A DNA stretch of 64,000 nucleotides from an uncultured Verrucomicrobiae bacterium (lineage in GTDB: Bacteria; Verrucomicrobiota; Verrucomicrobiia; Opitutales; JABDGR01): assembly GCA_963765205.1 (NCBI GenBank), contig CAVXVB010000005.1, forward strand, positions 480,001-544,000. Reading direction: 5' to 3'. Both the position numbers and the translations under genes were made by a program. The first letter of the stretch is position 1. The number at the start of each line of letters is the position of its first letter. The notes beneath the pieces are model-generated. The model worked only from the letters and a program-made list of their open reading frames with translations, made no database searches and was not told where the DNA came from. Below, one piece after another: positions 26,924 to 36,779 of this stretch.

Positions 26924-29479
26924 TCACCCAAAATCCAAACGCGGAGCGGAAACCTCATTTTCCAAATCCATTCGATAGCCCATTTGCCTATAGGCGCTGC
27001 ATCGGCGACGGAACATTGCCAATGTCACCGGGTGGTCGTCAAGGTAATCGTAGATTTGGACTTCGTGCTTATCAATATGCGGACGATGCAGACGACCGGC
27101 GTATTGAATCAGCCGGCCTTTGAACGAGAGCGGCATCGAGAGGATCAGCGTATCCAGCCGAGGAAGATCGTACCCTTCACCGATAAGCGAAGCGATGGCG
27201 AGAATCACAAACTTACCACCAGTCTCGAACCGGTGATCAATTTCTTCCCTCATCTTTTGCCGGAGTTTTTTGCCGGTACCACTTTCAAGTCGAAAGACCA
27301 CCACATCTGCGGAGCCAATGGCTATTGCGAGCGCTGCTTCGATCTTGGCAAGGTGGCCCTTCCGATCCGACAGCACCAGCGGGCACCGACCCGCATCAAG
27401 GGAAAGTTGGATGTCTGCCACGACTTGCTTTGTGCGGACAGGATCGTCCACGAGCGCCTGCCAGATGCGGTGAATGGGTTGTCGCGCACCATGATCTGCT
27501 GGGACAAGAAATGAACTTCTGCGCACATGCACGGTTTTCGACAGTGTTTCTTCGACTGAGGCGCTTGCCGTGTGGCGAATCGGTCCACATTGCAAATATA
27601 GCAATTTCTCAAGGCTGTCCTTCCGGACAGGGGTTGCCGTGAGCCCGACGATCTTTCGGACAGGACAAGCCTTGAGCAGCGCCTCGAAAGAAACGGCGGG
27701 CACATGGTGGCATTCATCAATGATCACCAAGCCATAACCCTGAAACAGCGCGGAGTAATTCTCCGCCCGTGTAAGGCTTGGCAACATGGCGATGTCGAGT
27801 TGGTGGGTGAGGCGCCTAGAGCGCCCACGCCAGACGCCGATTTCCTTGCGCTTGAGACCGAGCAAGTTTCCCGCTTCCTGACGCCATTGATCAAGGAGTA
27901 TGTTGCGGTGAACCAGCACCAGCGTAGAGGTGCGATGGCGGGCAATCAGCGCGCAGCCAATCACGGTCTTACCCGTCCCCGGCGGGGCACATAAAACGCC
28001 ATAATCATGCCCAACCATTTCTTTTACGGCAGCTTCCTGGTCCGGACGTAGCTCCCCGTGGAATTTCCAGCGCACACGCGCCCCATCAGAACGAGCGTCC
28101 AGAAGAGTGACATTTGCGCCAGCAGATTCTAGAATCGCGACGGCGGCATCTACCGTTCCGCGAGGAAGCACCAGCCGATCAGGATGCCATTCTCCCGCGA
28201 AAATAAACCGCGGCGTGTCGTAAGTCGGGAAACGCAACCGCAATTTCTCGTGAAAAACTGGATTTGCAAAAGTTGCGAGCCGCTTCAGTGCGGCCAGCAG
28301 GCCCGCGGGAATTGAGCGTGGAATATGCAGCTGCGCATCAAGGCGAACGGTGAGTTCGCCCGAAATGACGCCGCGCTCAATCGCGGGCCGAGACAAATCC
28401 AAGGCGCATTCATCGCTCTGCAAGGAGAAAGCCGAACTGGGTGAGTTCGTAATTGGGCCGAGTTGAATTAGCGGAGCGATGCGCGCCAAGATTTGATCCA
28501 GATCAGGCCGCGCCAAACGGTGGATAGCGGACAAAAACGACCATTGATCGGTGTGCGGTTTGAATTCGTCGTCTAAAAAAACAGTGTTCGCCATTTTGCG
28601 TGGCGCTTTGGCCAACGGCAGGGCGATGAGGTTGCCAAATCCTCCTTCTGGCATTGTGTCTTGGTTGGGGAAGAGCCGGTCGTAGGCCCCGAGGCTCATG
28701 GCGGGGTGTGTAGCTGACGCTTTCGCGAGCAGGATAGTGCCTAATCTCCGGGCCAGTGCCGCTGGAACTGGTTCGGCAAAAAAGATCCAAGCGTGAGCAC
28801 CATTGCCGGAACGCGAGCGTTCAATTGAGACTTCAACCCCGCACTTTCGGGCAGCATCCCGATAAGCGACAATATCGTTTCGCCAACCGTCCCCATCAAA
28901 ATCAGCCGCGATAAAAACACATGAATCGTTCTCCCGCAGGGCATAGACGCCAATGGTCTGATCCCCACGCAAGTGCGCCTCAATGGCGCGCTCATCGAGG
29001 GGAGGAAACCGTTGATGGCAACACTCCGCGCATTTTATCTGTGGCTTCCGGCAGATGCCCGGCTTCCACTCGTTGTCGCAGGCTGGCGAGTAACCCTTCT
29101 TCCCTGTCTTGGTGTTCTCCCAGAATTTCGGATAGACGGATTTCCTGGCACCAAACAAGTCAAGGAAGAGCGCAATTTTTTCACCGGGTCGCAATCCCGC
29201 AGTTCCACTCCGCTCGCGTTTCGTGAAATCCAGCTCCGATGCTGGCCGATTTTGCAACCGCTGTAACTCTTGTTCGGTGGCTCGTTTTTCAATTTCAAGT
29301 GCATCTACCCGCCGGCGCAGTTCCTCAATTTTGGACTCACGGCCCGTCTCCACACCGACAACGGGAGTGTCTTCGCCTAGGTGGCCGGCGCGCGGGTTCA
29401 TGGCAATCGGACTTATCTTCGTCGGCAACGCCTTATTCGCAAGCTTTTCGTGCGCTAGTTTGTCCGGCGTGTATTTCAC
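26924..29479 (-). CDS. TOTE-type archaeo-eukaryotic primase domain fused to a ResIII-like SF2 helicase
   Basis: GYSPACDNEW, FIAADFD, ERSRSGNGAHAWIFF, YDRLFPNQD..GGFGNLIALPL; APPGTGKT, IIDECHH, GLTATP, QYAGRLHR; start uncertain. Confidence 0.88.
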   Translation of the reverse strand: MKYTPDKLAHEKLANKALPTKISPIAMNPRAGHLGEDTPVVGVETGRESKIEELRRRVDALEIEKRATEQELQRLQNRPASELDFTKRERSGTAGLRPGEKIALFLDLFGARKSVYPKFWENTKTGKKGYSPACDNEWKPGICRKPQIKCAECCHQRFPPLDERAIEAHLRGDQTIGVYALRENDSCVFIAADFDGDGWRNDIVAYRDAARKCGVEVSIERSRSGNGAHAWIFFAEPVPAALARRLGTILLAKASATHPAMSLGAYDRLFPNQDTMPEGGFGNLIALPLAKAPRKMANTVFLDDEFKPHTDQWSFLSAIHRLARPDLDQILARIAPLIQLGPITNSPSSAFSLQSDECALDLSRPAIERGVISGELTVRLDAQLHIPRSIPAGLLAALKRLATFANPVFHEKLRLRFPTYDTPRFIFAGEWHPDRLVLPRGTVDAAVAILESAGANVTLLDARSDGARVRWKFHGELRPDQEAAVKEMVGHDYGVLCAPPGTGKTVIGCALIARHRTSTLVLVHRNILLDQWRQEAGNLLGLKRKEIGVWRGRSRRLTHQLDIAMLPSLTRAENYSALFQGYGLVIIDECHHVPAVSFEALLKACPVRKIVGLTATPVRKDSLEKLLYLQCGPIRHTASASVEETLSKTVHVRRSSFLVPADHGARQPIHRIWQALVDDPVRTKQVVADIQLSLDAGRCPLVLSDRKGHLAKIEAALAIAIGSADVVVFRLESGTGKKLRQKMREEIDHRFETGGKFVILAIASLIGEGYDLPRLDTLILSMPLSFKGRLIQYAGRLHRPHIDKHEVQIYDYLDDHPVTLAMFRRRCSAYRQMGYRMDLENEVSAPRLDFG

Positions 29480-29640
29480 CGCTTGAAATAATAGTGATAA
29501 TAAATAATATTAAAATATATAAAATCTATTATTAATAAATAGTAATCGTATTACAGCCGCTAATGGTATATGGATCGTCGCCTGAAAACTAAGGTGATTT
29601 CACTAACACATTATTCAACAAACGCTTATGAAACCTAAGC

Positions 29641-29668
29641 GCGGGCGTAGCCGGGCGGCTACTCCCGC
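29641..29668. other. attP-like junction: 13-bp inverted repeat centred on a GG dinucleotide
   Basis: gcgggcgtagccg-GG-cggctactcccgc; 12 of 13 arm positions are complementary. Confidence 0.75.
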
Positions 29669-29787
29669 TTTTTGCCACTTGCACTTAGTCATTGCATATA
29701 AACAAGTTGCGGTAAATCGGCGATCCAAGCGAGCTTAATTCACCGACTATTTTCGCCCAAGTGGGAAAGGTAAGGCCCCAACCCCTT

Positions 29788-30093
29788 TCAGGCCCCCGAT
29801 TGCAAATAACTCTCAATGCGCTGATTCACAAAATGCAAATGCCGCAATGACAAATAAATAATGGTGGCAGTCACGCAAAATATGACCGTCAAATTGGCTG
29901 CGAAGCTAGTCATGCCAAATCCAAAATAATATCCGTAAACGGCTAGTAAAGGAATCGAAAGGCAAATGATGGTGATAAGAAACGCAATGTGACGCTTCCG
30001 AAACTGTGCATCTTGGCGGAATAACAGACTGTGGATGGCTTGCCTTTTGGCAAGGCGTTCGCGTTTCGTCCAGATGTAGGTTTGTAGTTTCAT
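29788..30093 (-). CDS. Hypothetical two-TM membrane protein (cargo of cassette 2)
   Basis: 101-aa AT-rich ORF with two hydrophobic stretches. Confidence 0.55.
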   Translation of the reverse strand: MKLQTYIWTKRERLAKRQAIHSLLFRQDAQFRKRHIAFLITIICLSIPLLAVYGYYFGFGMTSFAANLTVIFCVTATIIYLSLRHLHFVNQRIESYLQSGA

Positions 30094-30570
30094 ATTGCCG
30101 GGGTCGGGAGACGGGGGTTAAGCATTCTCGCTCCCAAATCTCAAACTGACTTATCACCTTAAAAACAGCACTTGGCAAATCTGAAAGCGCAATTTATTAT
30201 AAGCACAGTCGTTGCAATCCGAACGATATTTTTATAAATACATAAACAAAAAACACTTAAGAAACACCAGCGTGGGCGTAATCGGGTGCTTTAGTCCGCG
30301 CTTTAAGCGCTACGAACGCCTCCGAGCGCGGGCTAAAGCACCGCGCTACGGACAACTGGCCAAATTGATTCATGGGTTAAAACAGAACCTAGTCGGGGCA
30401 TCTATTCGTGGCCATGATGCCGCTCCTCATCCAGACTCCCAGCTCCCGGCTCGGAGCCTGGGTTGTTTTTCCCGAGGGCCGGACACTGCCAGCCGCTGGG
30501 TCGTCGTCCCATCCGTCCTATCTACCGCATTCCTCCCATCCCTTGCCCAATGGAATTGCGCAAAATCGCC

Positions 30571-30993
30571 TTATCCGAAAACTTCATCCGCCCGGAAAAA
30601 GCGCTGGATTTCCGCCGCCGCCGCCGCCGGGCTGTCCGACGCATGGCAAATATTCGCCATCTTGTCCGTGCCGAAATCGCCGCGGATGGTGCCCTTGGGC
30701 GCTTTGGCCGAGTCCGTCGGCCCCAGCAATTCGCGCACCCGGTCCACCGCCCGGTCGCCCCGCAGGATGAGCACGATCACGGGACGCGAGCCCATGAACT
30801 GCTCAATTTCCGGAAAGAAGGGCAATTTGACCAAGTGGGCGTAATGTTCGCGCAAAAGCGGGGTCGTCAAGCGCATCATTTTGCCGCCGACGATTTCAAA
30901 GCCCGCGCGCTCAAAGCGCTCGAGCACGGCCCCCGCGGCGTGTTGGTTCAGGCAGTCGGGTTTGAGGATGACCAGGGTTTTTTCAGCAGACAT
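30571..30993 (-). CDS. ndk: Nucleoside diphosphate kinase
   Basis: TLVILKPD, HYAHL..PFF, GTIRGDFG, NICHASDS. Confidence 0.96.
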   Translation of the reverse strand: MSAEKTLVILKPDCLNQHAAGAVLERFERAGFEIVGGKMMRLTTPLLREHYAHLVKLPFFPEIEQFMGSRPVIVLILRGDRAVDRVRELLGPTDSAKAPKGTIRGDFGTDKMANICHASDSPAAAAAEIQRFFRADEVFG

Positions 30994-31177
30994 GGGTTCG
31001 TGGCGGATGGGTGGATAAGGTTATCGAAAGCTCGGCTCAACATGGCCGGAGGGTGCGCCCGCGGCCCGCGGGAAAGTCACAAAACATCCAAAATGACAGC
31101 CTAACGGCGCATTTCAAGCCTCTTTACGCGCTTGACCTTTTGCCCGTCACCCTATTGATACAAACCTTTTACCCCGC

Positions 31178-31732
31178 ATGAACCTCACCAAGCTAACCAC
31201 GCTCACCCTGATCCCCCTAACCCTCGCGCTGTCCACGGGCTGCACGCTTCTGAAAAAGAAGAGCGCACCCGCGCCTGCTCCCGCCGACGCGACCGCTGCC
31301 GCCACGCCCGTCAAGGCACCCAAAGCCCCCGTGTGGCAGGATGTCGTCATTCGTTCCGTTCCGTCGGGCGCGACGGTCGTGATTGACGGCCAGGAAGTCG
31401 GCGTCACCCCGCTCAGGGCCTCGCTTGATCTCGCCCAGAGTTACGACCTCGAACTCAAGCTTTCCGGCTACCTGCTTAGCATGCAATCCCTGCATGCGGT
31501 TGCTTCCGGCGGCAGCGGCGTTTCCCTTGGCAAGTCCGGCCTGGCCGGGTATCACCCGCCCGCCTTTCCCCGCCAGGTGCGCATTCCCCTGGTCTTGAAC
31601 AAGGACTCCTTCAAGGCGCTCGAAAACGCCATCGCCACGCTCGACAACCAGCTCAAACGGCAGAAAATCACCGCCGCAGCCTACCAGCAAAAAGTCACCG
31701 AAGTTACTCGCTTCTACAGCCAGGGCAAGTAA
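31178..31732 (+). CDS. PEGA-domain lipoprotein
   Basis: LSTGC lipobox; [19 protein letters not shown]. Confidence 0.75.
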   Translation: MNLTKLTTLTLIPLTLALSTGCTLLKKKSAPAPAPADATAAATPVKAPKAPVWQDVVIRSVPSGATVVIDGQEVGVTPLRASLDLAQSYDLELKLSGYLLSMQSLHAVASGGSGVSLGKSGLAGYHPPAFPRQVRIPLVLNKDSFKALENAIATLDNQLKRQKITAAAYQQKVTEVTRFYSQGK

Positions 31733-31743
31733 CGTTGGGGGTG

Positions 31744-32856
31744 ATGACCGCCGCTCCCTCGCGCACGCCCCTCCACGGCTGGCACGCCCGGCATGGCGCA
31801 CGCTTCGTGCCCTTCTCCGGGTGGGAAATGCCCGTGCAATACACCGGCATCCTCGAGGAACACCGCGCCACGCGCCAGGCGGCGGGCCTCTTCAACGTCT
31901 CCCACATGGGCGAGGCCCTGGTCTCCGGCCCTCAAGCCGCCGCCTTCCTCGACCACGTCGCCACCAACCGCCTTGGCGATCTGGCGGTCGGGCGGGCCCG
32001 CTACACCCTCCTCTGCGCCCCCGACGGGGGCGTCGTGGACGACATCATCGTCTACCGCACTGGTCCCCAGAGCTACCTCCTCTGTCTCAACGCCGGCAAT
32101 ACACCCACCGACCTCGCCTGGCTCAGCGAACACGCCAAGCGCTTCGATTGCGAGTTCCGTGACGCTTCCGCCGACTACGCCCAGCTCGCCCTGCAAGGCC
32201 CGCGCGCGGTCGAGATTGCCACCCGTCTCGCCCCCTCTGCCGTTCGTCTGGCCGATGTGCCTCGCTTCAGTTTTGTGGAAATTGTCCTGTCTGGCGTCCC
32301 CATGCTCGCCAGCCGCACCGGCTACACCGGCGAAGACGGTTTCGAGTTTTACCTCCAGCCTGGCCAGGCCGAAGCCTTTGCGGACGCCCTTCTTAAGGCT
32401 GGCGCCGACCTCGGTCTCAAGCCTTGTGGTCTTGGCGCGCGCGACAGCCTGCGCCTCGAAGCCGGCCTGCCTCTGTATGGCCATGAAATCAGCCGTGAAA
32501 TTTCGCCTCTTCAAGCCGGTTTGGCCTGGGCCGTCAAACTCGACAAACCGGGCGGCTTTATCGGGCGCGATGCCCTCGCCGCCGAAGCCGCCGCCGGCCC
32601 CGCCCGCCGCGTGGTCTTTTTCACTCTCGACGACCGCCGCGTCGCCCGCGCCGACATGGTCGTTAGCGCCGCCGGTCAGCCCGTTGGCCGCGTCCTTTCC
32701 GGCACGGTCTCACCCATCCTGAACCAACCCATCGGCAGCGCCCTCGTCGCCAGCGCCGCGCTGAAGTCCGGCGCCCCGCTCACCGTGGACGTGCGTGGCG
32801 CGGCGCTTCCCCTGCGCGTGGCCAAACCGCCGCTGCATAAGGCCGGAAAATTATGA
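31744..32856 (+). CDS. gcvT: Glycine cleavage system aminomethyltransferase T
   Basis: [43 protein letters not shown]. Confidence 0.95.
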   Translation: MTAAPSRTPLHGWHARHGARFVPFSGWEMPVQYTGILEEHRATRQAAGLFNVSHMGEALVSGPQAAAFLDHVATNRLGDLAVGRARYTLLCAPDGGVVDDIIVYRTGPQSYLLCLNAGNTPTDLAWLSEHAKRFDCEFRDASADYAQLALQGPRAVEIATRLAPSAVRLADVPRFSFVEIVLSGVPMLASRTGYTGEDGFEFYLQPGQAEAFADALLKAGADLGLKPCGLGARDSLRLEAGLPLYGHEISREISPLQAGLAWAVKLDKPGGFIGRDALAAEAAAGPARRVVFFTLDDRRVARADMVVSAAGQPVGRVLSGTVSPILNQPIGSALVASAALKSGAPLTVDVRGAALPLRVAKPPLHKAGKL

Positions 32857-33005
32857 ATTATGATTTATGAGTTATGAAATCAAACCAGCCGCTGAAAATT
32901 CCGGTGAAAAGTTTTTATTTTACCTTTCGCTTCGGGCGTTGTATTTTGGCTTATTCTTCATTCCGCCCTCTTCACTTCATAAATCTTAAATCATAATTCA
33001 TAATT
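32851..33005. repeat. Inverted pair of TTATGA(A/T/G) heptamer arrays
   Basis: ttatgaattatgatttatgagttatgaa ... ttcataaatcttaaatcataattcataatt. Confidence 0.75.
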
Positions 33006-33010
33006 CTTCC

Positions 33011-33391
33011 ATGTCTTCCGTCCCCGACGATTTCCACTACACCAAGGACCACGAATGGCTCCAGCCCGCGGGCGCGGGCGTCGCGCTCGTCGGCGTCACC
33101 GATTACGCGCAGCAAAGCCTCGGCGACATCGTTTATGTCGAGCTGCCCAAGCCCGGCGCGCGCTTGGCCGCCGGCGCCACCTTCGGCGTGGTCGAGTCCG
33201 TCAAAGCCGCCTCGGATTTATATATGCCTGTCGCGGCCGAGGTCCTGGAGGTTAATTCCGCGCTGGAGACCATGCCCGAACTCGTCAACCAAGTCCCCTA
33301 TGCCGGCGGCTGGATGCTCAAAGTGCGCCTCGCCGACCCCGCCGCCGCGACCCAGTTGCTCGACGCCGCCGCCTACCGGAAACTGATTTAG
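33011..33391 (+). CDS. gcvH: Glycine cleavage system H protein
   Basis: YTKDHEW, GVTDYAQQSLGDIVYVELP, VESVKAASD lipoyl-Lys. Confidence 0.96.
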   Translation: MSSVPDDFHYTKDHEWLQPAGAGVALVGVTDYAQQSLGDIVYVELPKPGARLAAGATFGVVESVKAASDLYMPVAAEVLEVNSALETMPELVNQVPYAGGWMLKVRLADPAAATQLLDAAAYRKLI

Positions 33392-34182
33392 TTTTGCCGC
33401 CCCAGTCCATGCGTCTGTAAAAATCCGCGCAGTCCCTCGGCAAACGCCGCGCGGTTTTCCAAATGCGCCAGATGCCCGGCCTTTGGCACCAGTAACAACT
33501 GCGCTCCGCTGATGCCCGCCAGCATTTTTTTGGCCAGCGCCGCGTATTTTTCGTCCTCGGCCCCCGCGCACACCAAAACTGGCAGGCGCAACTCGCCCAG
33601 CCGCTCCCACACCGGCGCGAGCGCGCCCTGGCCAAATTGCCGCAAACTTGCCGCCAAACCCGCCGCGCGCAAAAGCCGCCGCCGCTCCCGCATCGCTGCG
33701 CGCCACGCCTCCGGCAACCGCGCCTGGGTGGCAATCAACGACCGCCGCTGCCACTCTTCGAGAAACGCCGGCACGCCCTCCACCCTAATTTTGTCCGCCA
33801 GCAATTCATCCGCCGCGCGCCGCTGGGCGCGTTCGGCGGCCTCCTCGATGCCCGGTGAAACGCCGATCAACACCAACGCCGCGCAGCGGCCCGGCCGCGC
33901 CAGCGCATACCGCAGCGCCAGCCGGCCGCCCAGCGAATAGCCCAATAAAATTATCGGCGCGCCGTTTGTTGCAGTAATCAATTCATCCAAATAGCGCAGG
34001 CCCACTTCCAACCCGCAGTCATCCGTTGGCGCACCCGGCGCGGAAAGCTCCGGCGCGTGACCCGGCAGATCCGGTGTGAGCCACTTGAACTCCGGTAAAA
34101 CCTCAACCAGCGGCGCAAAATCACCGCTGCCGCCCGTAAAGCCGTGCAGGGCGAGGATAGTTGGGTGCGAGGAAAGGTTCAC
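33388..34182 (-). CDS. menH: Alpha/beta hydrolase, MenH-like SHCHC synthase
   Basis: LHGFTG, DLPGH, GYSLGGRLAL, RRAADELLA, GHLAHLENR. Confidence 0.7.
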   Translation of the reverse strand: MNLSSHPTILALHGFTGGSGDFAPLVEVLPEFKWLTPDLPGHAPELSAPGAPTDDCGLEVGLRYLDELITATNGAPIILLGYSLGGRLALRYALARPGRCAALVLIGVSPGIEEAAERAQRRAADELLADKIRVEGVPAFLEEWQRRSLIATQARLPEAWRAAMRERRRLLRAAGLAASLRQFGQGALAPVWERLGELRLPVLVCAGAEDEKYAALAKKMLAGISGAQLLLVPKAGHLAHLENRAAFAEGLRGFLQTHGLGRQN

Positions 34183-34266
34183 CGCAAAGGCGCCAAGGGC
34201 GCAAAGAAATCAAAGCTGGGTCAAAACAAAAAACTCCCTTTGCGCTCTTCGCGTCTTGGTGGTGAA
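34178..34266. repeat. Palindromic CGCAAAG-family repeat, copy 3
   Basis: ttcaccgcaaaggcgccaagggcgcaaag ... ctttgcgctcttcgcgtcttggtggtgaa. Confidence 0.8.
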
Positions 34267-34275
34267 AAAAATTAG

Positions 34276-34761
<486 letters not shown>

Positions 34762-34806
34762 GGGAAAGCAAAAGATGACGAATAAAAGGCCAAGGGTAAA
34801 GTCTCT

Positions 34807-35211
34807 TTAAAGTTGCCGGCGCAACAAAGGGTCGAAGCCGGCCTGCGCAAAATGCTCGTCGTAAGCCGGCGCCCGGGTAATGCCTTTCGCCCGCATCAAG
34901 TGGAATGAAATGCAATCCGTGAGCGACCAATCTTTGTCCATCCGGGTGAAGTGCAGTCGCAAGCCGGAGTCAAAAATATCTTGCGCCGCAGGAACGCATT
35001 CCCACCCCTTGGCTACGCGAACCTGGTTCACCAAAACACGCGCGCTGGCCCGGTTCCGGGCTTTCGAAAGAGTGTTCACGCACTCCAGCAGGACATACTC
35101 TGTCGTGATCACCGGTTCGTTGACGGCGGCCGACCAAGCCACCGCTCGCTCATGCAGTTGGTCGCGCGGTGTGAAAAGCGCGATAAAATAACCCGTGTCG
35201 GCAAAGATCAT
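34807..35211 (-). CDS. PIN-domain (VapC) toxin
   Basis: MIFADTGYF, VLLE, DKDWSLTDCISF, DEHFAQAGF. Confidence 0.88.
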   Translation of the reverse strand: MIFADTGYFIALFTPRDQLHERAVAWSAAVNEPVITTEYVLLECVNTLSKARNRASARVLVNQVRVAKGWECVPAAQDIFDSGLRLHFTRMDKDWSLTDCISFHLMRAKGITRAPAYDEHFAQAGFDPLLRRQL

Positions 35212-35468
35212 CGGTGCTTGGGCACCCCATAAAGGTAATGGTCGTGTTGCACCGCGGCATCTGCGGGCAAATCCGCCGGCGTGAGCGCGGCGGCGCGGGC
35301 CAGACGTTGCAGCGGGGAAATTTGCGAAAGGCTTTTTGCGGCGAACGGCTTACTTTTCAAGCCATTCAATCGCCGGCCAAAAGACCCCCGCAAACGCGCC
35401 GCCAGTGCCCGGGCTTGGCGCGGAGGCAGCTTGCGGATGGCGGCTTCGATCTCGGCCACAGTACTCAT
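35208..35468 (-). CDS. Putative antitoxin
   Basis: MSTVAEIEAAIRKLP...LPADAAVQHDHYLYG; ATGA overlap with the PIN gene. Confidence 0.75.
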   Translation of the reverse strand: MSTVAEIEAAIRKLPPRQARALAARLRGSFGRRLNGLKSKPFAAKSLSQISPLQRLARAAALTPADLPADAAVQHDHYLYGVPKHR

Positions 35469-35524
35469 GGCGAAAAAATGGGCAGGCCGGGCTGATTTGT
35501 CAAACACTCTGTGTCGGCGCCTCG

Positions 35525-35866
35525 CTAAAATATCCGCAGCTCCGCCACCGGGCGGCCGCCGACGAGGTGCTCCTGGATGATCCGTTCGAGGTTCGCTGGC
35601 GTGCAGGAGTGATACCACACGCCCTCGGGATACACCACCGCGATGGGCCCGCGCTCGCACACGCGCAGGCAATTCGCCTTGGTGCGCGCCACGCCGCCGC
35701 GCTCGGACAGGCCGAGTTCCTTCAGCCGCCGCTTCAGGAAATCCCACGAGGCCAGGCCCGCCTCCTTTGCGCAGCATTTTGGCTCCGTCTGGTCCGCGCA
35801 CAAAAAAATATGCCGGTGCACGGCGTCGAGGCCGTAACTCGCGGCGATTTCGTCCAGGGCAGGCAT
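35525..35866 (-). CDS. Thioredoxin-like [2Fe-2S] ferredoxin
   Basis: [33 protein letters not shown]. Confidence 0.88.
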   Translation of the reverse strand: MPALDEIAASYGLDAVHRHIFLCADQTEPKCCAKEAGLASWDFLKRRLKELGLSERGGVARTKANCLRVCERGPIAVVYPEGVWYHSCTPANLERIIQEHLVGGRPVAELRIF

Positions 35867-35873
35867 GGGGAGA

Positions 35874-36017
35874 AGGATGAAGGATGAGGGATGAAGGAGA
35901 AGACAAAATTTCGAATGATGAAGGGAAAACCACAAAAGTGCTGGCCTGCAAAGTGTCTTAGGTGAAATGCAAACCTGGCCTTCGAAATATTCATCCTTCA
36001 TCCCTCATCCTTCATCC
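35874..36017. repeat. Inverted pair of GGATGAA heptamer arrays
   Basis: aggatgaaggatgaggggatgaagg ... tcatccttcatccctcatccttcatcc. Confidence 0.75.
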
Positions 36018-36658
36018 CTGCTTCTGCCCCGCGATTCCCTTTCCTGCTGCCGGAATTCCTCCACCGGCAGCCCCATGCCGGCAAATTTCAGATACAACAG
36101 CCGGCTGATCCACGCGTCCGTCGCGGCATAGGTGATTTGCGGCTGGGTCAGGTCCGGCCGCGCCCAGTTCGTCACTTGCGCGCCCTTCGACACCCGGTAG
36201 CCTAAAAACATCGCGCTCAAATTGCGCAGGCCCGTGTTGTTCACCTCCAACCGGCGCGACATGTCGCTGATCTCCACAAAATTCCGCGGCGTGAAGTCAC
36301 CCAGTTCCTGGAGTTTTTTGATGTCGTCGCGGATGGCCACGCCGGCCTTGCGGATGGCCGGGTCGGCCAGCAGCGCCAGCACCGGGTCCAGATGGTCCAG
36401 CAGATGCAACTGGAACAGATAGACCCGCTCCGCCCCCGCCATTTGCAGCAGCGCCACCGGGTGGTTGTCGCCCCGGCGGAAGGACGGGCGCGACTCGGTG
36501 TCAAAGCCCACCAGCGTTTCGTCGCGCAGGTAATCCACCGCCGCGTGGGCCGCCCGTGCGTGCGCCACCAGCGTGATCGGGCCTTCGTAGCGCGCCAAGG
36601 GCAGGGCGTTGACGTCCGCCTTGGCGATGGTGGTGGGAAACGTGGTCGGGCTGGGCAC
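36005..36658 (-). CDS. 3'-5' exonuclease (DEDDy, RNase D/WRN-like)
   Basis: VGFDTESRP, ALLQ, TNWARPDLTQPQITYAATDAW; start at GTG 36658 is tentative. Confidence 0.88.
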   Translation of the reverse strand: MPSPTTFPTTIAKADVNALPLARYEGPITLVAHARAAHAAVDYLRDETLVGFDTESRPSFRRGDNHPVALLQMAGAERVYLFQLHLLDHLDPVLALLADPAIRKAGVAIRDDIKKLQELGDFTPRNFVEISDMSRRLEVNNTGLRNLSAMFLGYRVSKGAQVTNWARPDLTQPQITYAATDAWISRLLYLKFAGMGLPVEEFRQQERESRGRSRDEG

Positions 36659-36779
36659 AGGATGCAGATTAAAACACCACTCTAGCGAAGTTGCCTTCGC
36701 GAGAAAAGCCCGAAGTGCGGCGGGCCAAAAATCCGCGGACGCCGCGGAGCGGCGTCCCCACCGAATTACCGCCAATTTT

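Larger units (their letters stand above)
25587..30392. mobile_element. CTAG-bounded REP/MITE palindrome interrupted by two tandem GG-joined cassettes
   Basis: Ends ctaggttgtgttct / aaaacagaacctag. The REP arm tccgtagcgcGG (25614-25625) resumes as tgctttagtccgcgct at 30287 and pairs with agcgcgggctaaagcaccgcgctacgga (30325-30352). Homologous cassette ends at 25624/29654 and 29616/30247. Confidence 0.8.

Noticed and set aside
25626..30284. Classical integron array, prophage or autonomous IS
   Set aside because: There is no integrase or transposase, no RYYYAAC...GTTRRRY attC, no phage genes and no tRNA target.
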